Source: Elusimicrobiota bacterium (GTDB lineage Bacteria; Elusimicrobiota; Elusimicrobia; UBA1565; UBA9628). Taken from it: a stretch of 64,000 nt of DNA. Position numbers and translations under genes: made by a program. Shown one piece after another: positions 52,070 to 59,559 of the stretch (position 1 is its first letter; each line of letters opens with the position of its first letter). The stretch spans positions 29,042 through 93,041 of the forward strand of contig DAHVNA010000003.1 of assembly GCA_027319565.1 (NCBI GenBank), in the 5' to 3' direction. Under the pieces are notes generated by a model. That model saw only the letters and a program-made list of their open reading frames with translations, made no database searches and was not told the DNA's origin.

Positions 52070-52825
52070 TTATTTAAAGAGCTTTCTAAAACTCGCCATC
52101 TCCATCGGATGCATCTCCAAATCTCCCAAGCCTCTTAATATGACGGTGACTTCGCCTTCTTTCATCGAAAGGGCTAAATACTGGGCCTCATCCGGATTTA
52201 AAGCGACGGAAACCGCGGCCTTATCCGAAAGAGAAGAAAGCTGACTCTGTTGGGAGTTCAAGGCCTTGGCCTGCTTGGCGTTAAGCCCTTGCCCCATATT
52301 GTCTCCAACGGCCAAAACCATTAAATTCTGAAGAATGGTCGCGGTCACTTTTTCTTTATGGCCATCGGCCATTTTCGCGTTAAAAGTCACGAGCACATCC
52401 ACATGGTCTCCCGGCTTAATGAGGTCTCTCATCGCCGGGTTAATCGGCAAAATCGCCCCGCGATACCCCGGGGGAATCTTAACCGAAAGCCCAGCCTTGG
52501 CCGACATTGAAATGACCGCCGATTGCGTGATCTGGTCTCCCTGCGGGATACGAATGCGCGTCACCAAGTTTGAAATCATGCTGATATCCGAAGGAGAGCG
52601 AATTTCAAAGGCGTCTTGCTGCATAAATTTTCTGGGAATGGAGACAGGCTCAACCATATTCTCTTTGAGGACCGTCCGCTCGGGAATGTCGAGTCTTGCC
52701 ACCAAGACATGCGTCGTTTCATATGCGCTCATCAAGGAACGCTCCTTGGCCGTCAAAATCATGAGATAAATCGTCGCTGCGGCAATCGCCAGGATCGCGG
52801 GAATCAGAATATTTTTTTTGTCCAT
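52070..52825 (-). CDS. cpaB: Flp pilus assembly protein CpaB/RcpC
   Basis: N-terminal TM, SAF domain VLVARLDIP, IPPGYR, IKPGDHVDVL, ILQNLMVLAVG. Confidence 0.92.
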   Translation of the reverse strand: MDKKNILIPAILAIAAATIYLMILTAKERSLMSAYETTHVLVARLDIPERTVLKENMVEPVSIPRKFMQQDAFEIRSPSDISMISNLVTRIRIPQGDQITQSAVISMSAKAGLSVKIPPGYRGAILPINPAMRDLIKPGDHVDVLVTFNAKMADGHKEKVTATILQNLMVLAVGDNMGQGLNAKQAKALNSQQSQLSSLSDKAAVSVALNPDEAQYLALSMKEGEVTVILRGLGDLEMHPMEMASFRKLFK

Positions 52826-52837
52826 AATCGTTGAGCC

Positions 52838-53425
52838 TCAGTTGTTTGAATACGGCAATGGAATCTCGACCGGCATATCGACGACGGCCTGAATCTGCCG
52901 GACATTTTGCCCGTGCACATTAGATAAAATTAAGCTGCTCAAAGGAAAAACCAGCGGCACGTTGTAGGTCGCGGTCACTTCCAAATCCTCATTTTGAACC
53001 CCGGACTGCGGATCTTGAAGAGTTGGAATCATGCTTGAGGTTAAGGTCGCGCCCTTGATATGCTGGCTGAGAAGCGCCTGCATCGTTCCCGTTGGATTAC
53101 TCACACTCCCTGTTTTTCCAGCCGCCGTCATCGCCCCCACGCGAGCGCATTCAAACGTCGCATGGTTAAGCACGATGACCCAGAAGGCGATATAGCCCAT
53201 TTCCATGATGGTAAAAACAATCGTCAAAAAAACCGGCAAAATGAGAAGGGTTTCAACCATGACCTGCCCGCCTTTTGAGCGAAGGGAAGGCGCGCACGAT
53301 TGCCTATTGGAAAGACGTTGCAATCGGGCCTGACCCAGTTCTGAAAATATCGGGCGAGGGGGTCGAACCCTCGGGGTTTTACAAAACCCAGTGTTCCCGA
53401 TACCTCTAGGCGAAGCTGTCTTCAT
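52838..53425 (-). CDS. tadE: TadE-like pseudopilin with long leader
   Basis: G|QVMVE class III cleavage site, hydrophobic helix, ECARVG; start codon uncertain. Confidence 0.88.
   Translation of the reverse strand: MKTASPRGIGNTGFCKTPRVRPPRPIFSELGQARLQRLSNRQSCAPSLRSKGGQVMVETLLILPVFLTIVFTIMEMGYIAFWVIVLNHATFECARVGAMTAAGKTGSVSNPTGTMQALLSQHIKGATLTSSMIPTLQDPQSGVQNEDLEVTATYNVPLVFPLSSLILSNVHGQNVRQIQAVVDMPVEIPLPYSNN
53348..53402 (-). other. Perfectly paired three-way junction with TTCGA loop (tRNA-like or REP-like) in the tadE leader region
   Basis: TATCGGG/CCCGATA outer stem, GGGTTTT/AAAACCC arm, CGAGGG-TTCGACC-CCCTCG arm. Confidence 0.6.
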
Positions 53426-53448
53426 AATGCCGCCTGTTTTCTCCTAGG

Positions 53449-53634
53449 TTATTGCCCCATATTCGATGCAGCGCCCGAAATCATGCCTTGAATTTGCTGA
53501 AAAAGGCTCGGCATATACTTTTTAAGAGCAAAGCCGGCCGCCAAAACGACGCCGACGACGACCGTCAACATCAATAAATACTCAACCGTGTTTTGACCAC
53601 GCTGAGACTTAAGCCACTGATTCATTTTTTTCAT
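53449..53634 (-). CDS. flp: Flp family type IVc pilin
   Basis: RG|QNTVEY motif plus hydrophobic helix; AGGAGAG RBS. Confidence 0.9.
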   Translation of the reverse strand: MKKMNQWLKSQRGQNTVEYLLMLTVVVGVVLAAGFALKKYMPSLFQQIQGMISGAASNMGQ

Positions 53635-53659
53635 TTCTCTCTCCTGTGTTTTTTGGCCC

Positions 53660-53824
53660 CTAGATCCACGTCGATAGAATCATCATCGCCGCGTTGGTAA
53701 AGAGGCTTTTAAGTTGCTGCTGAATAAATCCATAAAACCCGGAAAAGGCCGCGACTAAAACCACCGTGGTCAAAAGATATTCCACCGTGGTTTGCCCTCG
53801 GCTGAGCCGGTATTTTTTTCTCAT
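53660..53824 (-). CDS. flp: Second Flp-like pilin (54 aa), absent from ORF track
   Basis: Manual translation MRKKYRLSRG|QTTVEYLLTTVVLVAAFSGFYGFIQQQLKSLFTNAAMMILSTWI. Confidence 0.88.
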   Translation of the reverse strand: MRKKYRLSRGQTTVEYLLTTVVLVAAFSGFYGFIQQQLKSLFTNAAMMILSTWI

Positions 53825-53830
53825 ATTCCC

Positions 53831-53859
53831 AGTGTAACAGTCGATCTCAATTGTGTCAA
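53831..53859 (-). promoter_or_regulatory. Sigma-70 promoter of the flp-tad operon
   Basis: TTGACA-17nt-(TGt)TACACT, 6 nt upstream of flp ATG 53824. Confidence 0.8.
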
Positions 53860-53905
53860 GTCGCTAACGATTACGAAATTTAACACCTCTGGACTAGTCC
53901 CATCG

Positions 53906-55051
53906 CTAAAATTTAGTGGTCAGGGTAAACTGATTGACGGTCCCCAATGCCCCCATCGGAACAAAGGCATAATCGACCCCTAAGCCGTAGCCAAAAGCGG
54001 CGGAGGTGTAAAAACCAAGGCCCAAACTAATGCCGCTGACCGCGTTAAGGTTAATGGCCGGAGAACTCGGAGTGGTAATCGCGGTATAATTATCGGCTTC
54101 AAAATACCCGGCGCGGAAAGCCAATTGACCCACCTCTAAATATTCTTCAGGAACGGTAAATTCCGCGCCGACTCCGGGCCGCGGAATATCACCGGCGAAT
54201 TGATGGACCTCGAAGCTTAGCTTAAAGAAATCATTAGGGATAATCGCAAAACCCGCGCGCATTGTAGAACCAACGACATATTGGCTGGCGCCAAAATTTT
54301 GGTAGGAAGCTCCAAGACTCAGCCAATCATTGGGCTTAACGATAATTCCGGCATCTCCGACCAAGCTGTCTGAGATATCTCCGTTATAGTCTTGATGCAC
54401 TAGGCGAAGGGTTCCGCCCAAAAAAATGCGCTCATACCAGAAAGATCTGGCGACAGAAACAGCCCCATAGCCATTGTTAACCTGGACGTTAAAATTAGAA
54501 AGCGGCACCCCGTTTTGATCGCGAACGTCAAAATTATTATCGCTCATGTAAGAGCCGCTAAATCCAAAAACCGTTTGCCCCACCGGCTGGGCATATGCCA
54601 TATAGACGGGAGCTTGAACTCCTTGAATATATTTGAGGTAGGAATAAGAAAATTCTCGTTCATCGGTCATCGCGAGCCCCGCCGGATTCCAGGTAATGGC
54701 GTCAACGCCCGAGGCCAAGGCGACAAAGGATTGTCCCAAGGCCATCGCCCGAGCCGAGCCCTGAGAAATATCTAAAAAGGCCGCACCCCCGGTTCCCGCC
54801 CCGGCGCTAATGGCCCAGGCCGAAGGGACGGAGAGGAAAAGAGAGAAACAGAAAGCAACGGAAAGTAACGGAAAGTAACGGAAAGTAACGGAAGGTAACG
54901 GAAAGAAACGGAAAGTAGAAGAAAGCAAAGAACGGAACCAGACAGAAACGGACAGAAACGGAGAGAAACAGACAGTAGAGGAAAACGGCAAAAACCTTCC
55001 GTTACTTGCCGTCACTTTCCGTAACTCTCTGTTACCTTCCGTTTCTTTCAT
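53906..55051 (-). CDS. PorV/PorQ-family outer membrane beta-barrel; signal peptide is encoded by a repeat array
   Basis: AAFLDI..SARAMALG..F.A.....AITWNPAGLA signature, DYAFVPMGALG, terminal Phe. Confidence 0.85.
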   Translation of the reverse strand: MKETEGNRELRKVTASNGRFLPFSSTVCFSPFLSVSVWFRSLLSSTFRFFPLPSVTFRYFPLLSVAFCFSLFLSVPSAWAISAGAGTGGAAFLDISQGSARAMALGQSFVALASGVDAITWNPAGLAMTDEREFSYSYLKYIQGVQAPVYMAYAQPVGQTVFGFSGSYMSDNNFDVRDQNGVPLSNFNVQVNNGYGAVSVARSFWYERIFLGGTLRLVHQDYNGDISDSLVGDAGIIVKPNDWLSLGASYQNFGASQYVVGSTMRAGFAIIPNDFFKLSFEVHQFAGDIPRPGVGAEFTVPEEYLEVGQLAFRAGYFEADNYTAITTPSSPAINLNAVSGISLGLGFYTSAAFGYGLGVDYAFVPMGALGTVNQFTLTTKF

Positions 55052-55110
55052 TTTCTTTCTGCTACTTTCCGTTTCTTTCCGTTACCTTCCGTGTCTTTCC
55101 GTTGCTTATC
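54831..55110. repeat. Second inverted array of the same 10-bp repeat
   Basis: Left arm 54831-54980 (includes three exact GAAAGTAACG units), right arm 54991-55110 (GTTWCTTTCC). Confidence 0.97.
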
Positions 55111-55112
55111 AC

Positions 55113-58100
55113 TCACGGGATCAGCACCTTTTTAACGGTTTGGGCAAAATTTTTATTTCCGTAAGTTTCCTGAGCTTGAAAGACCACATAGTAAATTCCT
55201 TTCGCCACCGGACGCCCGGCTTCATTGTCTTTGTTCCATACATATGTCAGAGGAGACGGGCTGTCATATGCGGGAGGGACCTGTCCGAAATCATGTTGAT
55301 AGACCAATTCTCCCGCCATCGTATATATCCTCATGAAGACATCGCCCTGGAAAGGCACCCAGATTGAAAAAGTCACCGTCGGCCCGTACGCAGGATTGGG
55401 ATAGGCGTAGGTATTTTGATCAAAATCTCCCTGGGGGTTTAAGGATCCGTTTCTACTGACCGGCAAATTCTCAATATATTGATCAATGGAGAGTTCGCAG
55501 AGGTCTCCCTGAGTCACTTGTCCCGTAATCGTGTCAATGGCGGTGTTGTCGGTAGATCCTATGACCGTAAAGGTGTAATCCCCATCCGGGACCTTGGTGA
55601 AACTGAGGTCGGTTCCATCCCAATCAGTCTCGACTGGCTGGCGCGGCGGCTGGTTTGAAACCAGCACCTTGACCAACGAGCCGATTCCCCCAGTCGTCGT
55701 ATAAGCAGGCGGGCTCGGGCTTCCAATCTGGGGACAATAAGACTGGTTGATATTGGAATTGGGAAATTGCGTATTGGGACGATAAACCAAGACCGCGACC
55801 TTCATTGGTTCCGAGACTTGATAAAAGATGCGCGCCGTAGGATTTTGGAGATTAATGGGGCTGACCGCCAAATCATAAATCTGAATAGGGAAATAGCTAA
55901 TCGTCGCCGCAGAAGTCGACAAAGAGAGGAGGGAGTTTTCTGAAGCCACGTCTTGCGCCGTCATGACGATGGTATAGAAATTAGGAGGCGGGAAATTGCC
56001 ATAATTATCCCGTCCATCCCATACGGCGTTGACGGGAACCCCCCCGTCATATGATTGCCCGAAAACCAAATTGCGAATCACCTGCGGCGGGGTATTGTCA
56101 TTGACCACATTGATTGTCACCGAAGACGGGCGCGTCAATTCAAAATTGATGGTAAATGGATCAAGTTCGACTGTTTGACTTGAGTAATAAGTTCTGGCGA
56201 TAGTCGGCTCGACGTTAAAAATAGGAACGCCGATGATTCCCCTGGCAACTGGAATAATTCCCACGATGCGGTCGGTTGAATAAGCAGAGCCGCCCTCGAC
56301 CGGAACCGTCGCCTGAGCAACCAAGGTAAAGGGATAATCTCCATCCGAAACCATGATTCCGTTGGAGTCAATTCCTGGCCAATTGTCCGAGACCATCAGA
56401 CGCCCCGCGCGCATTCCGTAAATTTGATAGAAAGGCACTTCGGGAACTCCGTTGGAGGCAACGACATCATTACAAGGGCTATTTTGAACCACTTGTCCGC
56501 ATGGCGGCCAAGAAGTATTGACGTTTTTAATAATGGTCCCCGGTTCATAGATATTAATTCCCGTCCACATGGCGTTAGATTCCTCATAATTAATAAATGC
56601 CGTGGCGGTCGTTCCCGAAAGAAGCGGAGACACCGTCAAATTGGTCGTCCGGAACATATCAACCGGGAAAATAGCGGTGGTAGTCGAGACAAAAGCGGGG
56701 AAAGCCGGGTCCCAAGCTTCGAGTTGAACCAGATAATCCCCGGATGAGACGTAGAGACCATTGTCATCGGTTCCATCCCAAATTTCGGTATTGGGAATGT
56801 TGGCGGATCTGGACTCACCCAAAATTAGATGCCTCACAACCGCAGTAGAATTGGCTTCGTTAAAAATATCAACCTTAACCGTGGCGTCCCGGGTCAGGGT
56901 ATAGGTAAATTCAAAGGGGTTGATTCCCGCGACCGGAGGGCTTGAACCGACGACAGTTGAAGTCGGCGTAATTTGGCTAATTCCCACAAGCCCCCGAACC
57001 ACTGGGATAAAGCCGGTATTGGCCACCATGGTCCAAATGCGCGAATCATTAGGGTTTCCATTAAACGGATAGCCATTTTGAGAGGCCAGTTCCGCATAGA
57101 GAACATACACATAATCTCCATCCGGCAAGAGATTTCCCGAGCTGTCTCTCCCGTCCCACCAATCGATGACCGGCGTGCGGGACGGTTGGGATTGGACGAT
57201 ATGCTGAATGGGAGAAACATTAGAAACAATGGGCCCCGATGTTGGACAAGGCCCCATATACGGATAAAAATTCTTGGGTGGCGCAATCGCCTGATTGACT
57301 CCCGCTCCCGTGTCTAACCCTGGATTGTTAACGCTCGACAGCGGCACAATCTCCTGCCCTCCTATCGACACAGGAGAACAAAATTGAACGCCCGGCGGGT
57401 AAATATCCAAAAATGTCGTCGCGGGCTCGGTCAAGGTGTATCCAATCACCGCCAAAGAGGTCGATCCGCCTTCAAGAGGAGTCACCGCAATATCGGTGAT
57501 TTGAAGCGGATTAATGGACATGGGATAGGTATAGGGAGCGGAAATATCAAGCCCATACTGATCCGCGTTTTCGGCCTGGAGATAGACCAAATAGTTCCCA
57601 GGCGGGGCCAAATCTCCATTATCATAACGCCCGTCCCAGGCATCTCCATTAGTCAGGGTTCCGCCCGGGTAACCCTCGCCCACCCGCGGAAGCCCGTTGA
57701 CCAGATGCCGAACGATGGTGACAGTAGATTGATTGATGACTCCACTAGGGACCGTGACGGTCGTAATTTCAATAAACATGGTCGCGTCTTCCGAGAGGCG
57801 ATAGGTCAAATTATAAGGCTCGGCCGCTACGGGAGTTAATTTCCCGACCAAGGTCGGAGACGAGCGAACGACATGGACATCGACGACATTAACCGTAATC
57901 GGTTGCTGTAAAACATTGGCCCCGGCGGTAAAAGAACCGGCGGATTGATAGCTAAAACTACCGCCAGTGATAGAAGCCGTCCCACCCCCGCTGGCAACGC
58001 TAAAATTAATGGTCCCTGAAGTAACGGCTCCTGCCGCTCCAGAACCATTGGCAAAGGTCCCTTGGCTTAAGCTCAGGCTCCCCGTTCCGTTGAGCAAAAG

Positions 58101-59453
58101 TCCGTTTCCTGATCCCACGCAGTTACTGCTATTACAAGAAAGCACGCCTCCAATCTCCGCCCCTTGAATGCTGGTTGACTGCGCCGAAAAAGAAACGCCG
58201 GTCACCCCTGTCGATAGGATGCTCCCATTATAAGTCCCACTTTGAATATAAGTGATCCCATTAGCGCTGCTGGAGTTGAGATTCAAACTGACAGCATCGC
58301 CGGGGGACAAATAACCGCTGCTTGAATTGGTGGAAACAAGGGTCAGAGATCCACTTGTGATTGTGTCAATCGCTGAATATGAGGGAATCGTTTGAGTGAG
58401 TGGATAATTCACAAAGTCCGCGTCATTGGTCGAGCCCGAGGGATAGGCCTGCACATTGGAAAGTTGAATATTTCCGGTCAAGGATTGAGTCTCATTGGTC
58501 GCGACTGTCGCCCGAAAGCCAAATTGACCGTTGGTCTTGCCAAAAATCCCCTGAATATTAATGGAACCGTCCCAAGGAACGCAATAAGGCCCGAGATCCG
58601 GGCATCCCGGTTCTCCACTGATTCCAGTCGTACAACCCTGAAATCCATCCGGAGGGATATATCCGACATTATTGATAAAGAAAGTTCTTAAAGGCGGGGT
58701 TGAAGTGGGGTCTAAGGGATTAGAACCATTGGCGTATTGAAAAACTTCATACTCAAGCGAATCAATCGCCATGGGCGCCAGGGGAACGCCGCTACCGGGT
58801 AAAAGCGCCTCGCTTAAATCATAACCCACCGAGGCGCAGAGATAGATCTCGCTATTACAAATGTTTGAGGCCTCATCCGACGGCCAAGGAATTAAAGGAA
58901 CCGTAGACGGAGCTGATTGGGTTTGTGTTGTCGTTACCCCGTCCGTAACCAGGGCTCCCAGATTACTTAACTGTTGAGTGGCCAGGGCGGAACATTGGGC
59001 CGCGCCAAACCCGCCAGTGCCCGACTGTCCCTCTTGATCAAATTCGATATGCGGGTCATTGGATATATTTCCAAACCCCGCATAATAATCAGGATTAATC
59101 GTGGGAGCCCCCGAGAAATTTTGTCCCCCGCCGGTCCCGCAAGCCGGAGAACTGAGGATTCCAGTACACAAATCCGTTGGCGAAAGCGGAATCGGGGGGC
59201 AGATAAAGCGCGGAACGCCTCCCACGGTGTCTTGAACGATGCAGTTTGGGTTAACCTGCTGGGTAAAAATAGAATCGATAAAAATCTGCTGGGCGCTTGA
59301 AGCTTTGGGGAACAGAGAAAAAAGCGCAAGTGGAAATAGGCCGGACCATAAAACCTTTCCCATAGATGTTCCGGGACGCTCTCGCTTCGCGAGTGAATGC
59401 AGGGACAGTTTCCATTTCCACTTGCCGCGCGGATGCGATATTCGGATGCTCAT
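55113..59453 (-). CDS. Large secreted protein with tandem FlgD-Ig-like modules and a T9SS-type C-terminal sorting-like domain
   Basis: About 8 W(D)GxDxxG...GxY modules; C-terminal YAYPNP..IYTMAGELV..WN..GIY..KKVLI; likely start 59363 (MGKVLW..ASSA-QQ). Confidence 0.82.
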   Translation of the reverse strand: MSIRISHPRGKWKWKLSLHSLAKRERPGTSMGKVLWSGLFPLALFSLFPKASSAQQIFIDSIFTQQVNPNCIVQDTVGGVPRFICPPIPLSPTDLCTGILSSPACGTGGGQNFSGAPTINPDYYAGFGNISNDPHIEFDQEGQSGTGGFGAAQCSALATQQLSNLGALVTDGVTTTQTQSAPSTVPLIPWPSDEASNICNSEIYLCASVGYDLSEALLPGSGVPLAPMAIDSLEYEVFQYANGSNPLDPTSTPPLRTFFINNVGYIPPDGFQGCTTGISGEPGCPDLGPYCVPWDGSINIQGIFGKTNGQFGFRATVATNETQSLTGNIQLSNVQAYPSGSTNDADFVNYPLTQTIPSYSAIDTITSGSLTLVSTNSSSGYLSPGDAVSLNLNSSSANGITYIQSGTYNGSILSTGVTGVSFSAQSTSIQGAEIGGVLSCNSSNCVGSGNGLLLNGTGSLSLSQGTFANGSGAAGAVTSGTINFSVASGGGTASITGGSFSYQSAGSFTAGANVLQQPITVNVVDVHVVRSSPTLVGKLTPVAAEPYNLTYRLSEDATMFIEITTVTVPSGVINQSTVTIVRHLVNGLPRVGEGYPGGTLTNGDAWDGRYDNGDLAPPGNYLVYLQAENADQYGLDISAPYTYPMSINPLQITDIAVTPLEGGSTSLAVIGYTLTEPATTFLDIYPPGVQFCSPVSIGGQEIVPLSSVNNPGLDTGAGVNQAIAPPKNFYPYMGPCPTSGPIVSNVSPIQHIVQSQPSRTPVIDWWDGRDSSGNLLPDGDYVYVLYAELASQNGYPFNGNPNDSRIWTMVANTGFIPVVRGLVGISQITPTSTVVGSSPPVAGINPFEFTYTLTRDATVKVDIFNEANSTAVVRHLILGESRSANIPNTEIWDGTDDNGLYVSSGDYLVQLEAWDPAFPAFVSTTTAIFPVDMFRTTNLTVSPLLSGTTATAFINYEESNAMWTGINIYEPGTIIKNVNTSWPPCGQVVQNSPCNDVVASNGVPEVPFYQIYGMRAGRLMVSDNWPGIDSNGIMVSDGDYPFTLVAQATVPVEGGSAYSTDRIVGIIPVARGIIGVPIFNVEPTIARTYYSSQTVELDPFTINFELTRPSSVTINVVNDNTPPQVIRNLVFGQSYDGGVPVNAVWDGRDNYGNFPPPNFYTIVMTAQDVASENSLLSLSTSAATISYFPIQIYDLAVSPINLQNPTARIFYQVSEPMKVAVLVYRPNTQFPNSNINQSYCPQIGSPSPPAYTTTGGIGSLVKVLVSNQPPRQPVETDWDGTDLSFTKVPDGDYTFTVIGSTDNTAIDTITGQVTQGDLCELSIDQYIENLPVSRNGSLNPQGDFDQNTYAYPNPAYGPTVTFSIWVPFQGDVFMRIYTMAGELVYQHDFGQVPPAYDSPSPLTYVWNKDNEAGRPVAKGIYYVVFQAQETYGNKNFAQTVKKVLIP

Positions 59454-59559
59454 AGCTTTGGCGCTTTGAAAGGAGGATAGTATTTCCAGGTTACAGATTT
59501 ATAACGAAGAAAATTATTTAGGCCAAACGCCCTACAGATAAACCCCTACAATCTTTTTT

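Noticed and set aside
53348-53402. Bona fide tRNA gene (Tyr-like GTA loop)
   Set aside because: Only 55 nt, no D-arm, no proper 7-nt anticodon loop and no CCA; kept only as a tRNA-like structure
53280-53450. c-di-GMP riboswitch upstream of pilus assembly genes
   Set aside because: GEMM hallmarks (GGCAAAC, GNRA tetraloop/receptor, CGCAAAG) not found by eye
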